Part shown: positions 1 to 8,949 of the stretch, piece after piece
How positions within the stretch are numbered: position 1 is the stretch's first letter
Layout: every line of letters starts with the position of its first letter
Source of the DNA: a virus
Taxonomy: Duplodnaviria > Heunggongvirae > Uroviricota > Caudoviricetes
Virus record (IMG/VR): IMGVR_UViG_3300028584_001242
Length of the DNA stretch: 64,000 nucleotides
Strand: one strand, 5' to 3'
The notes under the pieces: generated by a model
Seen by the model: only the letters and a program-made list of their open reading frames with translations
Told to the model about the DNA's origin: nothing
Databases searched by the model: none
Program-made: the position numbers and the translations under genes

Positions 1-1214
1 TTGAGTTTTCACCAACAGGTGAAATAATAACAGCCAATGAGAAGTTTTTAAATTTAATGGGATACTCCCTAAATGAAATAGTAGGGAAAAAACATTCTAT
101 ATTGTGTGACAAACTATATGCAAACAGTGCTGATTACAAAAAGTTTTGGAATAAGTTAGAAGCGGGTGAATATATATCTGATATGTTTAAAAGACTTGAT
201 TCAAAACAAAAAGAAATATGGCTAGAAGCTTCTTACAATCCTATATTTGATAATAACAACAAAGTAGTAAAAGTAATAAAATTTGCAAACGATATTACTA
301 GATATGTAGAGGAAAAAAATGAAGATAAAAGTAAATTAGATGCCCTTAATTCATCTATGGCTGTTATTGAGTTTACACCTGAAGGTATTATTTTAAATGC
401 AAACAATAACTTTTTATCAACAACTGGTTATACATTAAAAGAAATAGTGGGTAAACATCATAATATATTTTGCGAAAAAGCGTATAGTCTTCATTCAGAA
501 TATAAAAGGTTTTGGCAAGATTTAAAAAATGGGCAATTTTTTAATGGTCAATTTAAAAGATTAAATAAACAAGGTAATGATATATGGCTTGAAGCAACTT
601 ATAATCCAATAAGAGACGAAAATGGAAACGTAGTTAAAATTGTTAAATTTGCAAGTGACACCACAAAATTAGTTAACCAATTAGATGCTCAAAAGAAAAG
701 TGCAGAACTTGCATTTTCAATATCAAATAATAATAAAGAAACAGCACAAATCTCAGTAACTACAATAAATGAAACAAATAATGAAATGACAAACATTATA
801 AAATCAGTCAGTGCCACAGAGATTCATTTAAAGTCATTAGAAAAACAATCTGAAAAGATTAAAATGATATTAAATGCTATATATAAGATTGCAACACAAA
901 CTAATTTGTTAGCGTTAAATGCTGCAATTGAAGCCGCCAGAGCTGGAGATGCTGGAAGAGGTTTTGCAGTAGTGGCTAAGGAAGTAAAAGAATTATCAGG
1001 CAATACAAGTGACTTAGTTAAAAGTATTTCTGAAATAATAGAGGAAATTAATAAAGAAACAGAATGTGCGGTTAAACAAATGGAAAGTGTAACTCAGAAC
1101 ACAGAAAGAAGTGTAACATTAATGATTGAAGTCGAGCAGTTAGTGACTGAAATAAGTATCGGCTCTGATAAAATATTATCAGCTATTGCCCAATTATCAA
1201 AAGAGTTAAGTTAA
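1..1214 (+). CDS. methyl-accepting chemotaxis protein with tandem PAS domains (aerotaxis-like), 5'-partial
   Basis: The reading frame is open from nt 3, upstream of the listed ATG at 57. Repeated PAS blocks ([43 protein letters not shown]) precede a C-terminal MCP signalling motif [32 protein letters not shown] terminator follows. Confidence 0.8.
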   Translation, partial: EFSPTGEIITANEKFLNLMGYSLNEIVGKKHSILCDKLYANSADYKKFWNKLEAGEYISDMFKRLDSKQKEIWLEASYNPIFDNNNKVVKVIKFANDITRYVEEKNEDKSKLDALNSSMAVIEFTPEGIILNANNNFLSTTGYTLKEIVGKHHNIFCEKAYSLHSEYKRFWQDLKNGQFFNGQFKRLNKQGNDIWLEATYNPIRDENGNVVKIVKFASDTTKLVNQLDAQKKSAELAFSISNNNKETAQISVTTINETNNEMTNIIKSVSATEIHLKSLEKQSEKIKMILNAIYKIATQTNLLALNAAIEAARAGDAGRGFAVVAKEVKELSGNTSDLVKSISEIIEEINKETECAVKQMESVTQNTERSVTLMIEVEQLVTEISIGSDKILSAIAQLSKELS

Positions 1215-1215
1215 T

Positions 1216-1240
1216 AAAAAACCAGCCGAAGCTGGTTTGG
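1216..1240 (+). terminator. rho-independent terminator (ccagc-cgaa-gctgg plus T-run)
   Basis: GC hairpin then TTT directly after the MCP stop codon. Confidence 0.6.
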
Positions 1241-1246
1241 GGTTGT

Positions 1247-1269
1247 CTTGCATGAATTAATCATGCAAG
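1247..1269. repeat. perfect 23-nt palindrome cttgcatga-attaa-tcatgcaag between convergent genes
   Basis: 9-bp stem with a 5-nt loop, read directly from the sequence. Confidence 0.5.
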
Positions 1270-1287
1270 TACAAACTGGTAAGTCAT

Positions 1288-1461
1288 TTATTTAGTTTTG
1301 ACACGGTACTCAAGGCTGTTACGAAATTCAACTTCATCACGGTCGAGAGTAATCCAACCGACAACAGTTTCGCTGTTGACTTGAAGTTCACCACCAGCAT
1401 TAACTGCTGCCATGAAATCAGGGGACATTACGCCATCTTCTTTGCAAATTTCTTTCAACAT
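1288..1461 (-). CDS. hypothetical 57 aa protein
   Basis: Hand-translated: MLKEICKEDGVMSPDFMAAVNAGGELQVNSETVVGWITLDRDEVEFRNSLEYRVKTK. A weak AAGGT RBS is present. It is below the cutoff of the ORF track. Confidence 0.3.
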   Translation of the reverse strand: MLKEICKEDGVMSPDFMAAVNAGGELQVNSETVVGWITLDRDEVEFRNSLEYRVKTK

Positions 1462-1565
1462 TTTAAGTTACCTTGTTCTGTTTGGGAAGGTGTCCATTAT
1501 ATCAAAAAATGAACACATTATCAATCTTTTTTAAATTTAAGTACACATTCAAAATTAAGAATTTT

Positions 1566-1598
1566 AGACAACAAAAAAAAGATCCGAAGATCTATTTT
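1566..1598 (-). terminator. terminator hairpin agatc-CGAA-gatct flanked by A and T runs
   Basis: Inverted repeat, with a T-run when read on the minus strand. Confidence 0.45.
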
Positions 1599-1739
1599 TG
1601 TTATTGCTTCCCTTTGGGTAGATACAGCGTTTCGATTCCACTGTATGCCCACTGGAATTGTTACGAAGGTCAACATCACCTACTAAAGCCCGAGAAGGAC
1701 GCTAATAATATAACAATAAGGCCGAGATGTCAACACATT

Positions 1740-1997
1740 TTAGATATTTTGAGGGACTGGCTTACGTTCAACAAAACCAATAATCAAGCCATCTTCGTTG
1801 GTCATATGGACATGAATAGAAGAATACACCCAGAAGGCTTTTACTCGGAAGGCAGTAGACCACTTGTTCGATTCTATAAAATCAAAAAGGGCACCCATTT
1901 GATCAACACATTTAACAGCATTTCGTTCAAGCAGTTTGACCAACTCTTCTTTGCTAGATACCGTTGATTCAAAAGCAGGTTGCTGAGCGTTATTCAT
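1740..1997 (-). CDS. hypothetical protein, 85 aa
   Basis: A TATACT -10 box lies about 35 nt upstream on the minus strand (plus-strand 2030s). The overlapping plus-strand ORF 1473..1967 has no such signals. Confidence 0.4.
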   Translation of the reverse strand: MNNAQQPAFESTVSSKEELVKLLERNAVKCVDQMGALFDFIESNKWSTAFRVKAFWVYSSIHVHMTNEDGLIIGFVERKPVPQNI

Positions 1998-2079
1998 GAT
2001 GTTTACTCGTTTTGGTTAAGTGACTGCAGTATAGCAAAATACTGAGCCACTTGCCAATGATTTATGTAAAAACTAGTTT

Positions 2080-2433
2080 TTATTGATGTTTCAAATAAAT
2101 TCTATACAAGTCAACAAAATTGATGTCAAAAGTGTACTCTGGATAATGGGTTTCATAAAAATCTTGAACCTCATCCAGACATGATTGTCCCTTAGCATAA
2201 ATTTCCTTTGCAAAATCAATCATATCTTTTGCAGAAGCATCAGGAAACAAGATAAAGGCGATTTCATAATGTGGAGGTTCGGCAACAACCTCATCTGAAA
2301 TACAGGAACCTGTTGAAGTTACGACAAAAGATTTTTTATCGCTGCTGGCTCGATAATTGAACAAAGCTTTAAATGCTAAAAAGTCTGCTGACTTTTCATC
2401 CACTTCAATTTCTTTTACTTTTTTCTTGGTCAT
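2080..2433 (-). CDS. hypothetical protein, about 118 aa
   Basis: Internal start MGMTKKK preceded by an AGGAGA RBS. The listed 225 aa ORF runs through the next gene and is a run-on. Confidence 0.5.
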   Translation of the reverse strand: MTKKKVKEIEVDEKSADFLAFKALFNYRASSDKKSFVVTSTGSCISDEVVAEPPHYEIAFILFPDASAKDMIDFAKEIYAKGQSCLDEVQDFYETHYPEYTFDINFVDLYRIYLKHQ

Positions 2434-2458
2434 GCCCATTTCTCCTGTTTTAATGAAA

Positions 2459-2839
2459 CTAATCTGCAATAACGGCATACAATATGATTTGTCGGCCTTC
2501 AACCTTAAACGTATGATCACAAGCACACGTTTTTTTATAAGTCCAAACCCATTCATGTTCGGATTCATCCCGAGCCATATAGCCGCGATTGCATTTAGGG
2601 CAAAATACATCAGCTTCTGACGGTGCAATAACACCAGCATGTTTTTCTTTGATATAGAGTTGAGCCTCATCAACAGAATCAAAAAAATGAAACCCATTGA
2701 TATTATCAGCAACTTTCTGCCACGAAAACCCCGTTGATGGATCAAGAAGAGAACCATAAAACTTACCTTCGGCGTTCAGTTCGTAAATTTTACGTTCTTC
2801 TTTACCAAAGCTTGGTTGAAAAACAATAACATTTTTCAT
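2459..2839 (-). CDS. Cys-rich zinc-ribbon protein, 126 aa
   Basis: CPKC and CAC motifs. RBS AAAGGTGA upstream. Confidence 0.55.
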   Translation of the reverse strand: MKNVIVFQPSFGKEERKIYELNAEGKFYGSLLDPSTGFSWQKVADNINGFHFFDSVDEAQLYIKEKHAGVIAPSEADVFCPKCNRGYMARDESEHEWVWTYKKTCACDHTFKVEGRQIILYAVIAD

Positions 2840-2915
2840 AAGTCACCTTTTCTAATTGATGTGACAGTATAACAAAAAACAGATTTTAAAGCAATCTATT
2901 TTTATAATGGAAACA

Positions 2916-2947
2916 AAAAAGGCACCCTCTCGGATGCCTTTTTTACA
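2916..2947. terminator. bidirectional terminator-like hairpin aaaaaaGGCACCCTCTCGGATGCCtttttt
   Basis: Hairpin flanked by A and T runs, downstream of small basic peptide copy 1. Confidence 0.45.
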
Positions 2948-2952
2948 GGATT

Positions 2953-3087
2953 TTACTCTGCGTCTTGATGGCGATTCCGGCGACGCTTCCGAAACTCGCT
3001 ATCTTTTTTGTGATACTTCGCTTGTTCGTTGTCTTTTTTCTTGCCACCGCGAAAACGTTCTACTGCGTCACCGAAAGAGCCTTGCAT
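2953..3087 (-). CDS. small highly basic peptide, paralog 1 (44 aa, MQGSFGDAVERFRGGKKKD...RRRNRHQDAE)
   Basis: Hand-translated. AGGAGA RBS. It lies directly behind promoter-leader module A. Two paralogs are at 9019..9153 and 49687..49818. Confidence 0.5.
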   Translation of the reverse strand: MQGSFGDAVERFRGGKKKDNEQAKYHKKDSEFRKRRRNRHQDAE

Positions 3088-3140
3088 TTTGTATCTCCTA
3101 ACATTTTAGTTTGTTTGTGTTGTTTCGTTTTGATGGGATA

Positions 3141-3169
3141 AGTATATCAAGAAGCGGTTTATCGGTCAA
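3141..3169 (-). promoter_or_regulatory. sigma70-type promoter module A: TTGACC-N17-TATACT plus conserved leader TATCCCATCAAAACGAAAC
   Basis: Minus strand: -35 box at plus 3164-3169, -10 box at plus 3141-3146, 17-nt spacer. Confidence 0.6.
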
Positions 3170-3336
3170 TCATTTTTTTTCAAAAACCTTACAAACAATT
3201 TAACCTACTGTTCGTTCATATTTAACATGATATTCAATCATCGAAGCCAACATGAAAAGAATCATGCACAAGCCGAAAGAGCCAACAAGCCATAATGGAA
3301 AAGCTTCAACTGAGAACCACTCAAAAGGTTTGCACA

Positions 3337-3525
3337 TTAGAGGTCACCATCAGTGCAAAGAGAAGGTTCATCCTTTTCCATCAACGATTCTATTTCGGCT
3401 TTACTTTCCCATTTGGCGTAACCATCTGAGTTCACCAACCGCACTTTATCATCAGTTTGGTCAATAATTCGAAACCATGCACCAAGTCCATTAACGTAAA
3501 TCTGAGCATGTGGTGTAAAAATCAT
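3337..3525 (-). CDS. hypothetical protein, 62 aa
   Basis: GGAGGG RBS. Confidence 0.45.
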   Translation of the reverse strand: MIFTPHAQIYVNGLGAWFRIIDQTDDKVRLVNSDGYAKWESKAEIESLMEKDEPSLCTDGDL

Positions 3526-3633
3526 GATTAACCCTCCGATTGTGGAAATTGATTATACCATAAAACTGAATTTAGAAGCAATAAAAACCGTCACTAGGAA
3601 GGTAATTTGTGTAACATGTTATATGATTAATGA

Positions 3634-4242
3634 TTAAATTGCATACATCTTTAAAAGTTCAATATGAGCACTGTCTGTTTTTAAAAAATGTTTAAACTGT
3701 GAAAAGTAGTTGTCTTCTGGCAAAATATCTTTTAATTGAGTATTTTTCATCAAGTAGTTAAAAACATAAAAATTGGCACTATTACTATCATTCAAATTAA
3801 ATTGATCACTAATGGCAGTAGAATATAAGATGTAATTAACCTCGCTCGAACCATCTGAGCAAACAGATTGATTAAGTGTTATTTTATCAAGATTATTATC
3901 AATAAACTGAAACCACAAGTTATTTTTATAGAGATTTTTATGATTCAACTTGATTGAACTATTGATTGTATTCAAATCAATAGAATAAGGAATTCTTTTT
4001 TTACCTTCCTTTATAGAAGTTGGAATGCGATGATGCACAATATTATGAACAGATGAATAACTATCAAAATATCGTTCTTGACCATTAGGCATGGTAATAA
4101 TACAATAACAGCCTATATCATCACTAAACATAGTCATTGGTTTAAAAACAGCACTCAAATAACCTTGGAAAAAAAATGTTTCTTTTTCCAAAAGGGTTTT
4201 TGCAGACGCCAACACATGCTCAGGAATAATGAGATCGGCCAT
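3634..4242 (-). CDS. hypothetical protein, 202 aa
   Basis: GAGGTG RBS. Confidence 0.55.
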   Translation of the reverse strand: MADLIIPEHVLASAKTLLEKETFFFQGYLSAVFKPMTMFSDDIGCYCIITMPNGQERYFDSYSSVHNIVHHRIPTSIKEGKKRIPYSIDLNTINSSIKLNHKNLYKNNLWFQFIDNNLDKITLNQSVCSDGSSEVNYILYSTAISDQFNLNDSNSANFYVFNYLMKNTQLKDILPEDNYFSQFKHFLKTDSAHIELLKMYAI

Positions 4243-4345
4243 GATAACACCTCTAAAATTATTCTTAGATTATAGCACATGTCTTCAAACTAAAGCAAAA
4301 AATCCGACAACTAGGTCGGATTATTGTTAGCTACTTTTGAATATG

Positions 4346-4816
4346 TTATTGTTCTATTTTGTAGACATTATAAGGTTCAAACGATCTGAAAGAGCCTTGC
4401 TGTTTAAAGAACTTAAAATATTTTACGGCAATTTTATTGCTTGCTTTATTACTTTCATGAACAATGTAAATAAGGTTTTTGTGAATTTTAAGAAAATGTT
4501 CAACCACCTGACTGGCATAGCCATTACCCCGTTCTTTTTTCGCAATATAAATCATGCCAAGGTTGAAATACTCATGCTCTAAATCCAATCTCTTTCTAAG
4601 CGAAAAGTGAACTTCAGTGACGTTAACCACCCCAACAATTCTATCACCGTCTTTGATGACAGTAACAGGGTGAGTGGTGATAATCGACCGAACTTCTTTA
4701 AAAGTCAATCCAGCAGGGTCTGAATCAGCCGTGTATTTGTTACGCATGCATTGAAACACCAGTTTTACAATTTCTGGGTTTTCGGCTGGATTGGGATAAA
4801 GCTCGATAGAAATCAT
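4346..4816 (-). CDS. GNAT family N-acetyltransferase, about 157 aa
   Basis: Motif RIVGVVNV...AKKERGNGYASQVV (acetyl-CoA binding Q/RxxGxG/A). Start MISIELYP chosen by RBS. Confidence 0.6.
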   Translation of the reverse strand: MISIELYPNPAENPEIVKLVFQCMRNKYTADSDPAGLTFKEVRSIITTHPVTVIKDGDRIVGVVNVTEVHFSLRKRLDLEHEYFNLGMIYIAKKERGNGYASQVVEHFLKIHKNLIYIVHESNKASNKIAVKYFKFFKQQGSFRSFEPYNVYKIEQ

Positions 4817-4917
4817 GATAAACCTGTCATTTGGTTGATGAACTATTATAGCAAAAAACAAACGAATTGGCAATAAAAAACCGCCAAAATGGCGGCTTAA
4901 TAACAACAACAAACAGA

Positions 4918-5094
4918 TTAATCATTAGCGTCTTTTGCGTCTTCAAAGGATTCGTAATAGCCATCAGCCTCAAAAAAATAACAGGCTTGAAGGAAACGAT
5001 CCTGATCGGGATAGTTGTAACTACTGATCTCAGCATAGCCCATACTACCATCAGCACGCTTACGGTAATAAGTCTTACGGATTTCTTCATGCAT
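4918..5094 (-). CDS. hypothetical acidic protein, about 58 aa
   Basis: AAGAGG RBS before MHEEIRK. Confidence 0.35.
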   Translation of the reverse strand: MHEEIRKTYYRKRADGSMGYAEISSYNYPDQDRFLQACYFFEADGYYESFEDAKDAND

Positions 5095-5126
5095 GGAAAT
5101 ATAGCCTCTTAAATGGTTGACTAGAA

Positions 5127-5456
5127 TTAGCAACAAGCAAACAAATGTTTGTCGTTTTTAAGTTCGTGCAAGATAAAAAAACGATACTGACTGTCAATAC
5201 AATTGAAGAATTCAAGCAAGTTGCGACGGCACTCAATCACAAATTTTTCAGCTAAATGCTCTCCAAGTTGTTCACCAAACAAATAAACCAACAAGTTTCC
5301 ATTCATTTTATTAGAAAGTTGAATAAGTTCAACCACTTGGTCAGAATATTGAAAAGAACCATCACCTTTCAACTTCTTCTCATAATCTGAAAAATTGCCT
5401 ACTGCACGGTCTACAAATGTTTGATACCGAGACGACAATTCAACATTATTGGTCAT
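5127..5456 (-). CDS. hypothetical protein, 109 aa
   Basis: AAGGAA RBS. Confidence 0.5.
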   Translation of the reverse strand: MTNNVELSSRYQTFVDRAVGNFSDYEKKLKGDGSFQYSDQVVELIQLSNKMNGNLLVYLFGEQLGEHLAEKFVIECRRNLLEFFNCIDSQYRFFILHELKNDKHLFACC

Positions 5457-5535
5457 AGAAATATTCCTTTTTTGAATGCTGTTATGATAACAAAAAAAGC
5501 AATTAATGTAAAGATATTATATTGTAGAAACAAAA

Positions 5536-5558
5536 AACCCCTACTATGAGGGGTTTTT
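5536..5558. terminator. bidirectional terminator aaaaaCCCCtactatgaGGGGttttt
   Basis: Hairpin with A-run and T-run. It ends the tRNA transcription unit on the minus strand. Confidence 0.6.
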
Positions 5559-5666
5559 ATATCATCTTAATTAAATTCTCTGATTTAGGTTAAGGTTATA
5601 GCTGCATCGGTAGTTCACCTCGGGCACTCGATTAAATGATCTAGTGGTTAATGTTATTTTTCAATC

Positions 5667-5743
5667 TGGTGGGACTTGCAGGACTTGAACCTGCGACCTA
5701 CCGATTATGAGTCGGTTGCTCTAACCAACTGAGCTAAAGTCCC
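5667..5743 (-). tRNA. tRNA with CAU anticodon (Ile2/LAU-type or elongator Met), 77 nt, CCA encoded
   Basis: Full cloverleaf: acceptor GGGACTT/AAGTCCC, D-stem GCTC/GAGC, anticodon stem ACCGA/TCGGT with loop CTCATAA, T-loop TTCAAGT. The anticodon loop and T-stem are close to E. coli ileX as recalled from memory. Confidence 0.85.
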
Positions 5744-6033
5744 GTGGTTGGTGGCTTAGAAACGTGTCTAAACCACCCAGTATCCTCAATTATATATTCT
5801 CTATTATATTAAGAAGTAAATACCTAGCAATCTATTTCAAGCGACTTCTAATCTCTTTATCGAAGTCCCTACTTTGGATTTATTTGTATACCAAAGGTCT
5901 TAGGTTCTGCCTGAATCCGAAGGATGCCAACCTACGGAAATTTCTGTTAATCCTCTTTCTGGTTCTAGTTAAGAAGGCTCTATTTTAAGCCATCTCATCG
6001 TATTTTGCAACTATTTTTTCGTTTCTTTCAATT

Positions 6034-6118
6034 TGGTGCCCGGTGCCAGACTCGAACTGGCACTCCTTGCGGAAAGGGATTTTAAGTCCCTCGTGTCTAC
6101 CAATTTCACCAACCGGGC
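6034..6118 (-). tRNA. tRNA-Leu(UAA), 85 nt with long variable arm, CCA encoded
   Basis: Acceptor GCCCGGT/ACCGGGC. Anticodon stem AGGGA/TCCCT with loop CTTAAAA. Variable arm TTCCGCAAGGAGTG. T-arm GCCAG-TTCGAGT-CTGGC. Confidence 0.85.
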
Positions 6119-6280
6119 TTAATATGATATGGCCTACTCTATTTATATCTGCACCGAGTAGTTTTCCATACTTACAAGCTATATTGGCAACCGAAGTTGT
6201 TGTTCCAAAACAAGCCACTTGTAAGAAGTGCTAGTTCATTGTTGCAAGATTTTGTTTCTCCGTTTCGTCTTGATGGGATA

Positions 6281-6309
6281 ATTATAGAGAAAATCGGTGT
6301 AGTGGTCAA
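6281..6309 (-). promoter_or_regulatory. consensus sigma70 promoter module B: TTGACC-N17-TATAAT plus leader TATCCCATCAAGACGAAAC, driving the tRNA-Leu/tRNA-CAU unit
   Basis: Minus strand: -35 box at plus 6304-6309, -10 box at plus 6281-6286. The roughly 140-nt leader contains a C(UUCG)G hairpin (plus 6188-6199). Confidence 0.65.
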
Positions 6310-6411
6310 GCACTTTTTTCTATTATTTTACCTTTATTTTCAATAAGTTGCGTAAAAAACAGTTGACAAATTAATGAAAAGACCTACACATGCAGGTCTT
6401 GGTAACGTTCA

Positions 6412-7332
6412 TTAATGGTAGACCAATTCACCGATAGATTTCTTGACAAATCGGGCATTTTTTGGGTTACCGTGAATATGAACACCGCCAATACCAGTAG
6501 AAGATCCGACAATGGATTCGGTAGCCGTCAATTTAATACTACCAACACCAGAGGTATTCAACGTGACATTCGCTGCTTTAAAATTAACTGCTTTGATACT
6601 ACCGACACCAGAAGTTTTTAAATCAAAGGTATCGCAAGAACCTTTGAGTGATGAACTACCAACAGCGGCATTAATCATTTTAATGAACTTTGAATGCTGA
6701 CCTGAGTAATCAAACGACCCTGTACCATCAATATTGAACGTTGCTTCATTAAAGCCACCAGTCAAAATACAATCACCTGAGCTTATTTTATTGATAGTAG
6801 CGGTATCAGCAGTCACATCGGCCTGAAAGGTTCCGGTTCCCAAGACATCTAATGACAGGGTTTCGAAAACACCCTTGAACGTGCAATCACCAGCACCTGA
6901 CTTGATGACTTTCATTGTTGACTGCTTGAACTCTTTGATATCTAACTTGCCAACACCTTTATAATCGATCAAATCCAATTGTGGGGCGGTAATAATTAAA
7001 TTCAATACAGGATTAATAAGGACATTTTTTTCAATTTTAACGTCCAACATGTTATTAACGGTACTCACCTTCAAAAAAGGAATCAATTTCTCATTGATTT
7101 CAAGGGTTACATCGTGAGTATCACCTTGCTGGATAATGGTGTTGAAGGGGCCAGAAATTTTAAGCGATGAAAATGCTTTAAAGTCAATAGGATGATTAAC
7201 CACTTGACCATAATCTTCTTTTTTCATACCTTTTGCATGGATACTGCCAGAAACATTAACACCATCAATAGTGATATTGATGTCACCATGCTCTTTTTTT
7301 GCAAAAAAGTTGTTGAGAAAGTCTTTAAGCAT
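6412..7332 (-). CDS. beta-repeat protein resembling DUF2807/DUF4097 (GIN-domain putative adhesin), 306 aa
   Basis: Reiterated SG.G/TG.G blocks (VSGSIHAKG, SGAGDCTFKG, SSGDCILTGG, TSGVGSIKAVNFKAANVTLNTSGVGSIKL, GIGGVHIHGNP). GAGGAT RBS. Confidence 0.5.
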   Translation of the reverse strand: MLKDFLNNFFAKKEHGDINITIDGVNVSGSIHAKGMKKEDYGQVVNHPIDFKAFSSLKISGPFNTIIQQGDTHDVTLEINEKLIPFLKVSTVNNMLDVKIEKNVLINPVLNLIITAPQLDLIDYKGVGKLDIKEFKQSTMKVIKSGAGDCTFKGVFETLSLDVLGTGTFQADVTADTATINKISSGDCILTGGFNEATFNIDGTGSFDYSGQHSKFIKMINAAVGSSSLKGSCDTFDLKTSGVGSIKAVNFKAANVTLNTSGVGSIKLTATESIVGSSTGIGGVHIHGNPKNARFVKKSIGELVYH

Positions 7333-7393
7333 GGAAATAATCCTCTAGTTAAGTCATGGGATTATACCAAACTATTAAATTAAATACAATAAT

Positions 7394-7618
7394 TCACACC
7401 TGCCAATTAAGGATTTTAGGGGCAAATTCATTGTAAAGATGGTCACTAACAACAATAACAGGCTCACCATACTTATCAGCGGCACTCAGTTCAACAGTAA
7501 AAGTGCGAATGTCGAGTATTTTTGAAAAACCACCAAGCACACTAATAAGATTGCCAGCAGCGTCAATCTCATCAATTTTCTCAAGAAGTTCAAAAGCAGA
7601 TGCTTTGCTAATGTCCAT
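7394..7618 (-). CDS. hypothetical protein, 74 aa
   Basis: GGAG RBS. Confidence 0.45.
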   Translation of the reverse strand: MDISKASAFELLEKIDEIDAAGNLISVLGGFSKILDIRTFTVELSAADKYGEPVIVVSDHLYNEFAPKILNWQV

Positions 7619-7647
7619 TAAAAGTCTCCAAATTTATTATCAAGATG

Positions 7648-7815
7648 TCAGATGATGTCAATTTCTTCATAATCAACATGATTAAATTTCTTACTATCTT
7701 CCAATTCTTTAACCAAAGCTTTGGCATCATCTTCATTCAAACGAATGCCTTTAACCTGCTCGCAAGCGACTGCTGGATAGTAGTCATTCCACGCATATAC
7801 CATATAACCTTTCAT
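7648..7815 (-). CDS. hypothetical protein, 55 aa (MKGYMVYAWNDYYPAVACEQVKG...)
   Basis: Hand-translated. GGAG RBS. Below the ORF-track cutoff. Confidence 0.4.
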   Translation of the reverse strand: MKGYMVYAWNDYYPAVACEQVKGIRLNEDDAKALVKELEDSKKFNHVDYEEIDII

Positions 7816-7845
7816 AATATAAACTCCAAAATTACTTTTTTATGG

Positions 7846-8127
7846 TTAAACTGCAGAAAAAGTTACTTGAAACACAGAGTAAGGAACCACAAGAGTTTCA
7901 CCGTCTTTCAAGACAACAAAGTCACCATCTTCAATACGTTGCCAACCCGCAGTGGTTTTTACACCGAAAAATGCATTTTTAGGCGTGCCCATCATGTCAC
8001 CGGGAACCTTGACAACTTTGTTTTCATAACCCATATAGCATTGATGAACATGTTCTGCAGCTTCTGGGTCAGTGCCATATTGAGCTGCTTGGCAGGTGAT
8101 GTTTTCGTTACTGATATACGTTTTCAT
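7846..8127 (-). CDS. hypothetical protein, 93 aa
   Basis: Listed ORF with a weak RBS. Confidence 0.5.
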   Translation of the reverse strand: MKTYISNENITCQAAQYGTDPEAAEHVHQCYMGYENKVVKVPGDMMGTPKNAFFGVKTTAGWQRIEDGDFVVLKDGETLVVPYSVFQVTFSAV

Positions 8128-8145
8128 AAATTTTAATTCCTATTG

Positions 8146-8535
8146 TTAACCAATGGTGAAAATACAAGCCAATTTTTTATCTGGTTCGATTTCGTTGTCC
8201 CAAATGTTTTCATTGTCAAAATGTTTGACATTTTTCTTTTTCAACAAAGCATGAAGTTCTGTAAAATTGAACTGATAAGGCTTATCGAGTTCTGGTTCAA
8301 CACAAAACTGTTCACCATCCAAATGATAGATGAAGAAATAACCGGGCAAAACAGCCACAAAGGTAATCGTCCAAACCCGCTCATCACCCATAGGTTCATC
8401 ACAATGAGGATCAACCTCAGACATGTAGGCATACTCGACGCCATTCACCGTCAGGCGTTCTGTGTAAGCAGAAGCCTTACGCTCTTTGCAACGTTCTACA
8501 ATGGCATTAACGATTTTCTGATTGTTGGTCTTCAT
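8146..8535 (-). CDS. hypothetical protein, 129 aa
   Basis: A TTTACT-N17-TATAAT promoter with extended TG lies upstream at plus 8556-8590. Confidence 0.55.
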   Translation of the reverse strand: MKTNNQKIVNAIVERCKERKASAYTERLTVNGVEYAYMSEVDPHCDEPMGDERVWTITFVAVLPGYFFIYHLDGEQFCVEPELDKPYQFNFTELHALLKKKNVKHFDNENIWDNEIEPDKKLACIFTIG

Positions 8536-8700
8536 GATGAGACACCAAGGCTAACTGATTTGTGTGCATTATATCAAGTTCGCCTTGTCGAGTAAAGTAA
8601 AAACTCATTTTTGATGACTTAAATCACCTGTCGGATCATAGACCAGAAGAATACGTGTTCCGGGTGGAATTTTAAAAATAAAATTCCTCAAATAATTGGC

Positions 8701-8949
8701 TTAATCGCTGATAAGGTCGTTAACATTATCCAACGTCTTAAACAGTTGAACAATAGCATTACAGTAGCATACGACGAAAGCCTCAACCACCACAACAACA
8801 CTCAAAGCAACGGCCATAAGGTGAGTGCCCAACCAAATTTGATAAACAACACCAGCCGAAGTGGACAGAATCAAGATGCTTGCCAAAACGGTCAAGGCAA
8901 GTTTAAGGTATTTCTGATTGCCGGGAACGCTTTCCGATTGATTTTTCAT
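8701..8949 (-). CDS. small membrane protein, 82 aa (2 TM)
   Basis: Hydrophobic segments. GAGG RBS. Confidence 0.5.
   Translation of the reverse strand: MKNQSESVPGNQKYLKLALTVLASILILSTSAGVVYQIWLGTHLMAVALSVVVVVEAFVVCYCNAIVQLFKTLDNVNDLISD

Noticed and set aside
2080-2757. The 225-aa ORF listed as a single gene
   Set aside because: Its 5' part overlaps, in another frame, the well-supported gene 2459..2839. An AGGAGA-preceded internal ATG at 2433 gives an independent 118-aa gene, and the upstream extension is run-on.
5764-6234. ORFs 5764..5988(+), 5985..6218(-) and 6043..6234(+) in the tRNA region
   Set aside because: They overlap the tRNA-Leu gene and its promoter and leader, and have no RBS.
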